From an uncultured Chloroflexia bacterium (GTDB lineage: Bacteria > Chloroflexota > Limnocylindria > Limnocylindrales > CSP1-4), in assembly GCA_963718085.1 (NCBI GenBank), contig CAVQYA010000001.1, positions 708,811 to 772,810 on the forward strand: 64,000 nt of DNA. Reading direction: 5' to 3'. Every line of letters starts with the position of its first letter. Position 1 is the first letter of the stretch. Of this stretch, positions 1-9,266 are shown in pieces. A program made the translations under genes and the position numbers. Below the pieces are notes generated by a model. It did no database searches and was not told the origin of the DNA. It saw nothing but the letters and a program-made list of their open reading frames with translations.

Positions 1-660
1 GTCCATCGACCACGTGGCGTCCGTGAGGCCGATCGAGCTTCCCAGCGACGCCGCGATCACGTCGCCGGGTGCCGTGTAATGGATCGTGGCGACCCCGTTC
101 TTCGTTTCCTCCCCGACTGCGGCAAATCCGCTCACGCCCGCGAACGAGCCGAGCATCTTGTCCGGCGCGAAGCTGTCGATCGTCGACTGGGCATCCTCGA
201 CCGTCGACGCCATCCAGCTGTCGCCGAGGCTGATCCACGCCTCGTCCCCGATGAGGCGATAGCTCATGAGCGTCTTCTGCGCCTCGGTGCCCATCGAGAG
301 GGAGATGTCCGCGGCCCGGGTCGGCCGGAAGATGATCGTCCCCTCCATCTCCAGCCCGTCACCGAAGAACGAGAAGATGCTGTCCGTGAGCCCCTGCATC
401 TTCATGACCGTCCGCAGGTGATATGAGTCGAGCCCCGAGAGTGCGGCCGCGGCTCCGCCGAGGTCCGGGCCCTCACTCCCGGTGGTCGGGGCGACGGTCG
501 GGGCGACCTCGCTCGGGGCCGGCGCTCCAGTGGACGGGGCGGAGATGGACGGGGCGGAGGTGCCTCCCGTCGCGGGTGCCGGCGACGCGGAGCCACCGCA
601 GGCGGCAAGGACGAGTGAGAGCGCCGCAAGACCGGCGAGCGGGCGAGTCCAGCTGGTCAT
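1..660 (-). CDS. putative secreted lipoprotein (gene continues beyond window start; N-terminus MTSWTRPLAGLAALSLVLAACGG with lipobox)
   Basis: Open minus-strand frame from ATG at 658-660 to position 1 with no stop seen by eye. GGAGG-like RBS upstream. Signal peptide plus LAAC lipobox. Not in ORF table because it is partial. Confidence 0.5.
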   Translation of the reverse strand, partial: MTSWTRPLAGLAALSLVLAACGGSASPAPATGGTSAPSISAPSTGAPAPSEVAPTVAPTTGSEGPDLGGAAAALSGLDSYHLRTVMKMQGLTDSIFSFFGDGLEMEGTIIFRPTRAADISLSMGTEAQKTLMSYRLIGDEAWISLGDSWMASTVEDAQSTIDSFAPDKMLGSFAGVSGFAAVGEETKNGVATIHYTAPGDVIAASLGSSIGLTDATWSMD

Positions 661-816
661 ACCACCTCCACGGTCGTCCCGTTCGCGCCGGGCCTCACGG
701 GCTCCGGAGGAGAGACGATCCCGGAATGTTGAGCGCGGCCGGCGGCGCACGATCAAGGCCATTCGGCCCGTCATCACGTGCCGAGCCGCCCATTGCCGCT
801 CCCGCGCCGCCACGGC

Positions 817-1905
817 TCAGCGTCCTGTGCGGAGCCTCGCGAGAAGCCGGTCCGCCGCCGCGTACGGGTCCAGCTCGTGGCGGACGACCGCGTCGAGCGT
901 CTCGGCGGTGGATGCTGCCAGCCCGGGGAGCTCCAGGCGTCGACGGACACGGTCGCCCAGGAGGGCCCAAACGAGGGCGGCCGCGCGGGCGCGCCGGACG
1001 GGGATCGCCCCCTCCGCCGACCCCAGCGCCTCTCGATGGCGCGTGATCGCCGCGAGCAGCTCGGGAACGCCATCGCCGCTCAGCGCCGTCGTGACCAGGA
1101 TCTCGGGCCGCTTCGGGTGCGGGCGCGGGGCGCCGGGATCGGGGGCGCCCGCCGCCCCGCCCGCGACGCCGCCCGCCGATGCGCCGCCCGCGACGCCACT
1201 CGCGTCACGGCCGACCGGCACCCCGCCCGGCAGCCGGGGGCTCGCGACGGCCGTCAGCATCGCCCGAAGGTCGGCGGCGGTTCGCTGGGCGCCCGGCCGG
1301 TCGCCCTTGTTGACCACGACGATGTCGGCCACCTCGAGGAGCCCTGCCTTGATCGCCTGGACCTCGTCGCCCATCTCGGGCGCCTGCAGCACGACCGTCG
1401 TGTCGGCAGCCGCCGCGACCTCCACCTCGCTCTGCCCGGTTCCGACCGTCTCGAGCAGGATGAGCTCGAAGCCGGCCGCATCGAGCACCGTCGCGGCCGC
1501 GACCGACGAAGCCGCCAGGCCCCCCGCGTGTCCCCGCGAGGCCATGCTCCGGATGAAGACGCCGTCGTCGGCGGCATAGGACTGCATCCGCACCCGATCG
1601 CCGAGGATGGCGCCGCCAGTGATCGGCGAGGACGGGTCCACCGCGATGACGGCCACGGTCCTCCCGGATTGGCGGATCTCACCGATCAGCGCGGCGACCA
1701 GGGTGCTCTTGCCGGCGCCCGGCGCGCCGGTGATCCCGACCAGGTGGGCGCGGCCAGCGGCGGGATGCAGGCGGCGCAGCGCGGATTCGGCGACCGGAGT
1801 CCGATTCTCGACCGCGGTCAGCAGCCGCGCCAGCGCCCGACGGTCACCCCCGAGGGCCGCCTCGGCAAGCGCCTCGCCGTGTGCGGCGGCATCTCCCGTG
1901 AGCAC
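817..1905 (-). CDS. meaB: methylmalonyl-CoA mutase-associated GTPase MeaB/ArgK (G3E family)
   Basis: 362-aa ORF with P-loop GITGAPGAGKST and NKGD motif, typical MeaB length. Lies 6 nt downstream of the B12-binding mutase subunit gene. Confidence 0.85.
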   Translation of the reverse strand: MLTGDAAAHGEALAEAALGGDRRALARLLTAVENRTPVAESALRRLHPAAGRAHLVGITGAPGAGKSTLVAALIGEIRQSGRTVAVIAVDPSSPITGGAILGDRVRMQSYAADDGVFIRSMASRGHAGGLAASSVAAATVLDAAGFELILLETVGTGQSEVEVAAAADTTVVLQAPEMGDEVQAIKAGLLEVADIVVVNKGDRPGAQRTAADLRAMLTAVASPRLPGGVPVGRDASGVAGGASAGGVAGGAAGAPDPGAPRPHPKRPEILVTTALSGDGVPELLAAITRHREALGSAEGAIPVRRARAAALVWALLGDRVRRRLELPGLAASTAETLDAVVRHELDPYAAADRLLARLRTGR

Positions 1906-1911
1906 GGGCGC

Positions 1912-2320
1912 TCAGCCGAGCGGCCGGACGTTGGCCCGGATGAAGTCGGCAACCTCGCCGATCGTCGTGCCGGGTCCGAAGACCGCCGTGACGCCGGCCT
2001 CGCGGAGGGCGGGCAGGTCGTCATCGGGGATGATCCCGCCGGCGGTCACCAGGACGTCGCCGAGCCCCTTCTCGCGGAGGAGCGCGCAGATGCGCGGCAC
2101 GAGCGTCATGTGCGCCCCCGACAGGATCGAGAGGCCGACCACGTCGACGTCCTCCTGGAGGGCCGCCGTGACCACCATCTCCGGCGTCTGGCGCAGGCCG
2201 GTGTAGACGACCTCGAAGCCCTCGTCGCGCAGGCCGCGCGCGAGCACCTTGGCACCGCGATCGTGGCCGTCGAGCCCGGGCTTCGCGATCAGGACCTTGA
2301 TCGGGTCGTTCGCTCATCAT
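1912..2320 (-). CDS. methylmalonyl-CoA mutase small subunit / B12-binding domain protein, reading frame apparently interrupted (+1) near 2303-2305
   Basis: ORF 1912-2247 encodes the C-terminal B12-binding domain. The conserved N-terminal [19 protein letters not shown] (DxHxxG cobalt-ligand motif) lies upstream in the same frame after TGA TGA, with no start codon. ATGATG at 2315-2320 is in the -1 frame (MMSERP). A one-base skip in a CCC run restores MMSERPIKVL. Confidence 0.7.
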
Positions 2321-2442
2321 CGGATCATAGCCCCGGGTCGGTGGCGCCGGCTCGGCCGTGCAATCGTCGGGGCCGGACCAACGAGCCCGCCGCGGTCCAC
2401 AATCGTCGGGGCGGGACCGGCGCGCCGGCGACGGCCGTCCGA

Positions 2443-3156
2443 TCAGGCGCCGGGCGCGGGCCGCTGGAGGTGCGCGAAGAACTCGGACCGCGTCTTGTCG
2501 TTGGCCCGGAAGATGCCCAGGACGTGGCTGGTCGTCATGACCGTGCCGGGCTTGCGGACGCCGCGCATCACCGCGCAGAGGTGGGTCGCCTCCATCACGA
2601 TCCCGACGCCCTGGGGGCGCAGGTGCTCCATCAGGAAGTCCGCGATCTGCGAGGTGAGCCGCTCCTGGACCTGCAGCCGGCGGGCGTACATCTCGACGAT
2701 CCGGGGGATCTTCGAGAGGCCGACCACGCGCCCGCTTGGGATGTAGGCGACGGCGGCCGTCCCGAAGAACGGCAGCAGGTGGTGCTCGCAGAGGCTGTAG
2801 AAGGGGATCTCCTTGACGACCACCATCTCCGAGTAGTCGACGTCGAAGATGGCCCCGTTGATCAGCCGCGCCGGGTCGACGTGGTAGCCCGCCGTCAGCT
2901 CCGCGTACATGCGGTGGACGCGCCCGGGCGTGCCCAGGAGCCCCTGGCGATCCGGGTCCTCGCCGATCTCGAGCAGGATCTCCCGGACGGCGGCTTCCAC
3001 CCGCCCATTCGCCTCGCCCGCGGTGCCCCGGGCGCCTCCCTCGATGGCAGCCGCCGAGACCAGGGCATGAGGATCGGGGCGGGGCACCTCGCCGATCTCC
3101 GTCTCGATCTCGTCGACGATGGAGCGGACGTGCTCGGGCAGCGGCTGGCCGGTCAT
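2443..3156 (-). CDS. folE: GTP cyclohydrolase I
   Basis: C-terminal 237 aa of the 435-aa ORF (from MTGQPLPEH) match FolE motifs ([19 protein letters not shown]). The upstream extension is GC-driven. Confidence 0.85.
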   Translation of the reverse strand: MTGQPLPEHVRSIVDEIETEIGEVPRPDPHALVSAAAIEGGARGTAGEANGRVEAAVREILLEIGEDPDRQGLLGTPGRVHRMYAELTAGYHVDPARLINGAIFDVDYSEMVVVKEIPFYSLCEHHLLPFFGTAAVAYIPSGRVVGLSKIPRIVEMYARRLQVQERLTSQIADFLMEHLRPQGVGIVMEATHLCAVMRGVRKPGTVMTTSHVLGIFRANDKTRSEFFAHLQRPAPGA

Positions 3157-3366
3157 TGCCGCATCGTAGCCCCGGCGGCGACCGCGAGCACGGGCGCCGC
3201 GACGGCGCCCGTGCGAGACTCCGGGCGGGTCGACGGCACGAAGCCTCGCCGCCCGGCGGCACGCAACGTCCCTGGCTCGGCGGCACGCGACCTCGCGCCT
3301 CTCCTCCACCGCGCGGCGTCCGGTCGCCCGGCGGCAAGCGACCTCGCGCCCTACGATACCGGCGCC

Positions 3367-3795
3367 ATGCCGAAACGTCGCCGGGGGGTGCCCGCCGCCG
3401 ATCTCGCCGCCCTCCGGCGCCGCCGGGAGGCGCGCCACGTCCGCTTCGAGGAGCTCGTCGACCGCGCGCTGGCCGGCATCCCGATGCCCTTCGCCGCGGC
3501 GCTCCGCGAAGTGGCAGTCGTCATCGCCGACGAGCCGTCGCCCGAGCAGCGCCGGGAGAACGACCTGGCGCCGGACGACACCCTCTACGGCCTCTACGAC
3601 GGGACACCCCGGACGGCCTGGGGCGCCGACGACGTGCCGTTCCCGAACACGATCACGGTCTTCCGGCTCCCCCTCGAGGAGGACTTCCCGGACCCGCTCG
3701 ACCTCGAGGACGAGGTCCGGATCACGGTGATCCACGAGCTGGCCCACCACCTCGGCATCGACGACGATCGCCTAGAGGAGCTGGGGGTCGACTAG
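3367..3795 (+). CDS. small zincin-like metallopeptidase family protein (HExxH, DUF1025-like)
   Basis: 143-aa product MPKRRRG...[14 protein letters not shown] with HELAH zinc motif. It is the 3-prime part of the spurious 1005-aa ORF. ATG at 3367. Confidence 0.6.
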   Translation: MPKRRRGVPAADLAALRRRREARHVRFEELVDRALAGIPMPFAAALREVAVVIADEPSPEQRRENDLAPDDTLYGLYDGTPRTAWGADDVPFPNTITVFRLPLEEDFPDPLDLEDEVRITVIHELAHHLGIDDDRLEELGVD

Positions 3796-3872
3796 CTGCG
3801 GGCGATCGCGACCAGGGGCGCGGACGGCGCACCGGCCGCGGCTCAGGCACTCGGCAGCGGGCCGATCGCCAC

Positions 3873-4916
3873 TCAGGTCGCCGGCAGCGGGCCGGCCGCG
3901 GCGATGAGCTCGCCGAACCGCGCCACGTCCACGTTGCCCCCGGAGAGGACGACGCAGACCCTCTCGCCGTCGCGGATCGGCACCTTCCCATGCAGCACCG
4001 CGGCCAGCGCGGCGGCACCGGCCGGCTCGAGGACCTGCTTCATCCGCTCGGCGGCGAAGCGCAGCCCCGCCAGGATCTCGGCATCGTCGAGGAGCACGAT
4101 GTCGTCGAGGAGGATGCGGCCGAGGGCGATCGTGTTGTCGCCCGCGAAAGGGGCGTTCAGCCCGTCGGCGATGCTCGAGGGGCGGATGGAGACCGGCGTT
4201 CCGGCCGCGATCCCGAGGCTGAGGGCATTCGACGTCCGGGGCTCCACTCCGTAGACCCGGGCGCCCGGCCGGAGGCCCTTGACCGCCGCGGCCACGCCGC
4301 AGGCCATGCCGCCGCCCCCGACGCCGGCCACCACGACGTCCACGTCCGGCAGGTCCTCCACGATCTCGAGGCCGATCGTGCCATGCCCGACGATCGTGTC
4401 GGGGTGGTCGAAGGGGTGCACGAACGTCAGGCCGCGTTCGTCGCGTATCCGCTCCATCGCCGCCCACGCCTCGGCCGTGTCGCTCCCCTCGAGGATCACC
4501 TCGGCGCCGTAGCCGCGGCAGGCCTCGACCTTCGAGCGCACCGCGGTTGCCGGCATGACGACCACGGCGTGGACGCCCAGGAGGCCGGCGGCCACGGCGA
4601 CCGCCGCCGCGTGGTTCCCCGCGGAGATAGCGATCACCCCGGCCTCGTGCTCGGCGGCGGAGAGGCGCGCGATCCGGAATGTCGCCCCGCGAACCTTGTA
4701 GGAGCCGGTCCGCTGGAGGTGCTCCGCCTTGGCGTGGAGCCGTCCCCCACCCAGCGTGACGCCGCCCGTGGCCAGGACCACGCGGGCTGCCGTGGTGGAG
4801 GAGAGCATCGGCGTCCGCTCGATGCGCCCGACCAGGAACCGGCCGGCCTCCCTGACGCGCTCGAGGGACACGTCCGCCGTCGGCGGGCGCTCGCGCGGCG
4901 CCGGATCGAAGTTCAT
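3873..4916 (-). CDS. threonine dehydratase / threonine ammonia-lyase (PLP fold type II, short catabolic-type, no ACT domain)
   Basis: GSYKVRGA lysine-PLP motif, GGGG loop, ~347 aa from internal Met MNFDP. Confidence 0.8.
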   Translation of the reverse strand: MNFDPAPRERPPTADVSLERVREAGRFLVGRIERTPMLSSTTAARVVLATGGVTLGGGRLHAKAEHLQRTGSYKVRGATFRIARLSAAEHEAGVIAISAGNHAAAVAVAAGLLGVHAVVVMPATAVRSKVEACRGYGAEVILEGSDTAEAWAAMERIRDERGLTFVHPFDHPDTIVGHGTIGLEIVEDLPDVDVVVAGVGGGGMACGVAAAVKGLRPGARVYGVEPRTSNALSLGIAAGTPVSIRPSSIADGLNAPFAGDNTIALGRILLDDIVLLDDAEILAGLRFAAERMKQVLEPAGAAALAAVLHGKVPIRDGERVCVVLSGGNVDVARFGELIAAAGPLPAT

Positions 4917-5065
4917 CACGGGAGTATGGAGCCTGCCCGAGCCGCGAGGTGACGGGGTCCGGGAATCGCCCGTGCCCGGCACCTCAGGGCACGCTATCCT
5001 GCGCGGAGCCTTCCCCTCAGTCGCTTGCCCCAGACTTCGTTGACCGCCCCAGACGGAGGCCCTCG

Positions 5066-5689
5066 ATGCCCGGCTTCACCCCGTTCACCCGCAACTACAC
5101 CGATCTCTCCGACGAGAACGGGTACCAGTTCGAGTTCCGCTGCGACAAGTGCGGATCCGGCTACCGGAGCGAGTTCATCCGGTCGACCATCGGCACCGCC
5201 GGGAGCATGCTCTCGGGCGCCAGCAACCTCCTCGGCGGCCTCTGGGGTGCCTCGAATGCCGCCCGCAGCGCCAAGGACTTCGTGGACCGCGACGCCCGGG
5301 ACAAGGCCCTCGAGAAGGCCGCCAACGAGATCATGCCCCTGTTCACCCGATGCGCCGGGTGCAGCAACTGGGTCGACGAGACCTGCTTCAACCGCGACCG
5401 CAACCTGTGCACCGGGTGCGCCCCGAACCTGGCGTCCGAGATGGAGCGCGAGCGCGCCACCGTCGAGGTCGACCAGATGCGGAACGCCATCCGCTCGCAG
5501 ACCGTCTTCTCCGGCGACACCTCGGCGCGCAAGACGGTCTGTCCTTCGTGCGACAAGCCGGTCGGCTCGGAGAAGTTCTGCGCCAACTGCGGCACGCCAC
5601 TGGGCATTGCCCACTGCACCCAGTGCGGCGCGGACCTCCCGAGCGGCGCGAAGTTCTGCGGCAACTGCGGGACGAAGACCGCCGGCTGA
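5066..5689 (+). CDS. hypothetical protein with multiple zinc-ribbon (CxxC) motifs, double zinc ribbon C-terminus
   Basis: ATG at 5066 with GGAGG 7 nt upstream. Six CxxC pairs including CPSCDKPVGSEKFCANCGTPL and CTQCGADLPSGAKFCGNCGT. Confidence 0.6.
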   Translation: MPGFTPFTRNYTDLSDENGYQFEFRCDKCGSGYRSEFIRSTIGTAGSMLSGASNLLGGLWGASNAARSAKDFVDRDARDKALEKAANEIMPLFTRCAGCSNWVDETCFNRDRNLCTGCAPNLASEMERERATVEVDQMRNAIRSQTVFSGDTSARKTVCPSCDKPVGSEKFCANCGTPLGIAHCTQCGADLPSGAKFCGNCGTKTAG

Positions 5690-5704
5690 GCGGGAGACGC
5701 TCCG

Positions 5705-7030
5705 ATGCCGCCCGGCGACGCCGACCTCCCCGCCTACGCAGGCACGCTGCGCCCGCCGGGCGTCGAGGCGGCGCCCGGCACCGTCGCACTCGACGAGACG
5801 ACGGTGATCATCTCGCCGGACGGTTCTCCGCCGAGGACGGTCGCCTATCGCGACCTCGCGGTGCTCGCCATCACCGGCGGGGTCGGGCTCGTCGCCACCG
5901 GCACCGGTCCTGACGGCGAACGCTGGCTCCTCGAGCAGTTCGGTGCGGCGACCGGTCCCCTCATTGCGAAGCTGCGCGAGCGGCGGCTCCGGCAGCGGCT
6001 GGCGGACGCCTTCGTCGTCCTGCCCGACGGGATCCCCGTCGACCTGGTCGAATACCGGGCTCACGAGGATGTCGCCGAGACCGGGATCGCCCAGCTGGCC
6101 GTGGACGGCTGGGGCGTGACGCTCGCCCCGCTCGACGAGCGCCTGCCGGTGCGCAGGATCCGCCGGGCGATCGTCGATTCCGTCACGCTCCTGCCCGAGG
6201 TGGGCGGCGTTCGCGTCGGCGCCGGCGGGGCCGGGTTCGATCTCCTCCGCCTCGGGCCGAGCGCCGCGCGACACCGCGAGTGCCTGGCGGAGCTTCCCGC
6301 GGCCGCCCATCGCGACGCCGGCGCGATCCTTGCCCGGATCGTGCCCGACCTGCCGTCGGCGGCTGCGGGCCGCTCCGCGGCCGCCCTCGTTGACGGGCGC
6401 CCGGCGTCTCCCGGCGACCTCGGCGAGGCCTGGGGGCCGGTCGAGCGAAGCGTGCTGAGCGAGCCGGTCTTCGCCGCCTCGTACCTCGCCCTGCTCGAGC
6501 GCGCCGGCGGTGCCGACGCCCTGCGCTGGCTCGCGCTCGCGCCGGAGCGGCCGGGCGCGCCGGAGAACCATCGGGCGTGGTTCCTGGTCGCCCTGCCGGG
6601 CAACCTCGTCGCCCTCGAGCTGGTGAGCGAGGGAGCGCATGCGACCTACTGTTTCCGGGCCGGGTCACGCGCCGCCTACCGTGCCGGTGTCGACGCCGAC
6701 GCTGCGCTGGCCACCGTCGCGATGATCTCGGCTGCGCTCATCGACGCCCGCTTCCTCCGCGAGCCGATCGCCCTGCCCGACGAACAGCTGGCCGCGCCCG
6801 AGGGGATCCGCTACCGGCTGGCGCTGCGGGCGCTCCCGTCCCTCGCGGCCGCGCGCAGGGCGTTCGTCGCTCGCCTCGTCCACCGCGACGAAGAGAGCTG
6901 GGGCGCGGCACTCGACGGCCTGATCGCCTGGCATGCCGCCTGTCGCGACGAGGACGCGCCCTGGCCCGGCCGTGCCGCCCAGGAGGCCGCGGTCGGCGAG
7001 GCCTCGGGCGGCGGAGGCACGGTCGGGTGA
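5705..7030 (+). CDS. hypothetical protein (441 aa), no recognisable domain
   Basis: Starts 16 nt after the preceding stop with a GGGAG RBS. Coding-like composition. Confidence 0.5.
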   Translation: MPPGDADLPAYAGTLRPPGVEAAPGTVALDETTVIISPDGSPPRTVAYRDLAVLAITGGVGLVATGTGPDGERWLLEQFGAATGPLIAKLRERRLRQRLADAFVVLPDGIPVDLVEYRAHEDVAETGIAQLAVDGWGVTLAPLDERLPVRRIRRAIVDSVTLLPEVGGVRVGAGGAGFDLLRLGPSAARHRECLAELPAAAHRDAGAILARIVPDLPSAAAGRSAAALVDGRPASPGDLGEAWGPVERSVLSEPVFAASYLALLERAGGADALRWLALAPERPGAPENHRAWFLVALPGNLVALELVSEGAHATYCFRAGSRAAYRAGVDADAALATVAMISAALIDARFLREPIALPDEQLAAPEGIRYRLALRALPSLAAARRAFVARLVHRDEESWGAALDGLIAWHAACRDEDAPWPGRAAQEAAVGEASGGGGTVG

Positions 7031-7074
7031 CCTGCCAGGCGGCCGACCCGGCCACGTCGAGCTGAGGAGTCCCG

Positions 7075-7608
7075 ATGCCAACGTTCAAGCACCCGTGCCC
7101 GGCGTGCGGCAAGTTCATCGCCCGCGACGTCGCCCGCTGCCCGTTCTGCGGCGCCGTGGACCCCTTCGTGCCCGGACGCTGTCCGAAATGCAGCGCGCCC
7201 ATCGAGGATCCGGCCTGGGTCGCCTGCGCGAGGTGCGGCACGCCGCTCAGGGACGGCGTGGCCCCCATGCCGGGCGCAGTCCCGGCGGTCGCAGCTCCGG
7301 GAACCGTGCCGGCGGCGCCCCAATCCACGCCGCCCGCGCCGGCGTCTGCACCCGCCGCACCTGTACCGGCTGCGCCAGCCCCGGCGGCGCCAGCTTCGGC
7401 GGCGCCTGCTTCGGTGACGCCCGCTTCGGCTGCACCTGCGGCGCCGCCCGTGCCGGTTCCAGCGCCCGCCGCCACAGCCGCGCCAGCGACGACAGCCGCA
7501 ACAGCCCCGGCGCCTGCTCCAGCCGACGCCGCCTCCTGCTCAGGCTGCGGCGCCGCGCTCACTCCAGGCGCGCGCTTCTGCACCGTCTGCGGCACCCTCG
7601 CCGGATAG
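7075..7608 (+). CDS. zinc-ribbon protein with Pro/Ala-rich low-complexity linker
   Basis: N-terminal CPACGKF...CPFCG...CPKCSAP...CARCGTPL and C-terminal CSGCGAALTPGARFCTVCGT, separated by a (PA)n-rich linker. Confidence 0.6.
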   Translation: MPTFKHPCPACGKFIARDVARCPFCGAVDPFVPGRCPKCSAPIEDPAWVACARCGTPLRDGVAPMPGAVPAVAAPGTVPAAPQSTPPAPASAPAAPVPAAPAPAAPASAAPASVTPASAAPAAPPVPVPAPAATAAPATTAATAPAPAPADAASCSGCGAALTPGARFCTVCGTLAG

Positions 7609-7737
7609 AGGCCGAATTCGCGCCCAGGCCCACCGCGCGCTCCCGCACCGCCTGCGGCACCCTCGCCGGACAGGGCCCGCCGACGGCCCCGCCCGGACCC
7701 TCGCCGGACAGGGACCGCCCCGACGGCCCCGCCCGGA

Positions 7738-7766
7738 TCACCACTTGCGTTCTTGCGCAAGTGGTG
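7738..7766. promoter_or_regulatory. imperfect palindrome (8-bp perfect arms CACTTGCG / CGCAAGTG, 6-bp spacer) 14-40 bp upstream of arsR start; candidate ArsR/SmtB operator
   Basis: Inverted repeat read directly from the sequence. ArsR-family repressors bind 12-2-12-type dyads overlapping their own promoters. Confidence 0.5.
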
Positions 7767-7779
7767 ACATACTCCCGCC

Positions 7780-8076
7780 GTGGACACCACAGCACCCGTC
7801 GCAGCAGTTGACCAGCAGCGGGCCGCCCTGATCGGGCGGGCACTCGCCGACCCGAAGCGGCTCTGCGTCCTCGAGACGCTCGCCGCCGGCGAGGCGTCGG
7901 TCTCGGAGCTCTCGAACTGCGTTGGGTGCCAGGTCCCGAACATGTCCCAGCACCTCGCGGTGCTGCGCTCCGCCGGCCTCGTGACGACCCGTCGCGAGGG
8001 CAGCACCGTCTACTACCGGCTCGCCAACCCGAAGGTCCTCGAGGCCTATCGTCTCATCCAGGTCCTCGCCCGCTAG
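7780..8076 (+). CDS. ArsR/SmtB-family transcriptional regulator
   Basis: 98 aa, winged-HTH signature (SVSELSNCVGCQVPNMSQHLAVLRSAGLV). Confidence 0.85.
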   Translation: MDTTAPVAAVDQQRAALIGRALADPKRLCVLETLAAGEASVSELSNCVGCQVPNMSQHLAVLRSAGLVTTRREGSTVYYRLANPKVLEAYRLIQVLAR

Positions 8077-8126
8077 GGGCGACGACCGAACACCCGCCAC
8101 ACCGGGAGAAAGGAACCCCGCCACCG

Positions 8127-8471
8127 ATGGCAGAGATCAAGCACGCGACCGATGCGACGTTCGAGGCGCTCGTGCTCCACGCCGAGCGACCCGTCATCGT
8201 GGACTTCTGGGCCGCCTGGTGCGGGCCCTGTCGCCTCGTCGCGCCCGAGCTCGAGAAGCTCGCCGAGAAGTACGACGGGTCGGTGGACGTGGTCAAGGTC
8301 GACGTCGACGCCAACCCCGGCCTCTCCAGGGCCTTCAACATCATGAGCATCCCCACGATCGCCTTCTTCCCCGGCGAGGGCAAGCAGCCGATGGGCGTGA
8401 TGGGCTTCCAGCCCGCCGATCAGCTCGAGTCCCGCTTCGCCCTGGCGCAGTACGCCAAACCCGTCAACTAG
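8127..8471 (+). CDS. trxA: thioredoxin
   Basis: WCGPC active site, 114 aa from internal ATG at 8127 with GGGAGAAAGGA RBS. Confidence 0.9.
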   Translation: MAEIKHATDATFEALVLHAERPVIVDFWAAWCGPCRLVAPELEKLAEKYDGSVDVVKVDVDANPGLSRAFNIMSIPTIAFFPGEGKQPMGVMGFQPADQLESRFALAQYAKPVN

Positions 8472-8522
8472 GGGGGCGCCTGGGGCGGGGCCTCCTCCAC
8501 CGCCCCGACACGCACCTGCAAC

Positions 8523-8565
8523 CGCCCCGTCCGGGTCCGCCCGGACGGGGCGGTTCTCCTTCCCG
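8523..8565. terminator. intrinsic-terminator-like hairpin (14-bp perfect stem CCGCCCCGTCCGGG, 4-nt loop) followed by TTCTCCTTCC
   Basis: Perfect inverted repeat read from the sequence, between convergent trxA and the DinB-like gene. Confidence 0.55.
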
Positions 8566-8656
8566 GGCGCGACCCGCAGCCGGCCGGGTCAGGAGAGGAG
8601 CAGCACCGCGCAGGCGGCCAGCGGTCGCAGCGTGCCGGCTCCGCCCGGCGGCGACG

Positions 8657-9157
8657 TCACGTCGCCTGCCGGGCCGACGATCCCCCGACGGCCTCCAGGA
8701 TCGCCCGCAGATCGTCCTCGTGGTCGGCGTAGTGGTCGAGCAGGTCCTCCTCGAAGAACGGTCCGAAGACGGGGTGCTTCACCCAGCGGGCCTCGGGCAC
8801 GACCGTCAGGTAGCCGCGCAGCTCGCCCGGGAGCGTCGCCGCGCGCCGCCGGACCTCCTCCGGGGAGAGCGCTCGCCAGGCGGCCGCGAGCTCGTCGTTG
8901 ACCGCGTCGCCGCGGGCCTCCCAGGCAGAGTCCATGGCCGCGTGGGCCGGGCTCCGCTCGCCGACCGCGAGCTCACGGGCAACGTCGAGGGCGTGGGACT
9001 GGTAGGCGGCGAGGTGGCTGAGGAGCTCCCTGGCCGACCAGCCGTGAGCCGCGTCGACCGGGGAGTCGAAGCAGTCGTCGGGGACGGCAAGGAGGGCCTC
9101 GAACGGGAGCCATGCGTCGTGCTCGTCCTGGAGGAACGAGAGGGCGTCGAAGTACAT
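8657..9157 (-). CDS. DinB/YfiT-like (DinB_2) family protein
   Basis: C-terminal 166 aa of the 630-aa ORF from MYFDAL. Conserved His pattern (HLAAYQSH, HYADHEDD) typical of the DinB_2 four-helix bundle. Confidence 0.5.
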   Translation of the reverse strand: MYFDALSFLQDEHDAWLPFEALLAVPDDCFDSPVDAAHGWSARELLSHLAAYQSHALDVARELAVGERSPAHAAMDSAWEARGDAVNDELAAAWRALSPEEVRRRAATLPGELRGYLTVVPEARWVKHPVFGPFFEEDLLDHYADHEDDLRAILEAVGGSSARQAT

Positions 9158-9266
9158 GACATGCTCCTGTGCCGGGGGTCGTCGCAGGCGGGGCTCGCAC
9201 GGTCGCCCGGATGGTATCCCCATCCAAAGGCGAGGCACCGACGAACGGGTGATAGAGTCCGATGAG

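Noticed and set aside
778-3795. 1005-aa ORF on the plus strand spanning meaB, the mutase subunit and folE loci
   Set aside because: Arg/Gly/Asp-rich and antisense to three well-supported genes. This is the typical high-GC open-frame artefact. Only its last 143 codons (3367-3795) form a real zincin-like gene.
9158-9266. Possible cobalamin riboswitch upstream of the B12-binding domain gene
   Set aside because: Looked for the B12-box (GCCACTG-like) and a multi-stem architecture and found neither. Region is only ~110 nt.
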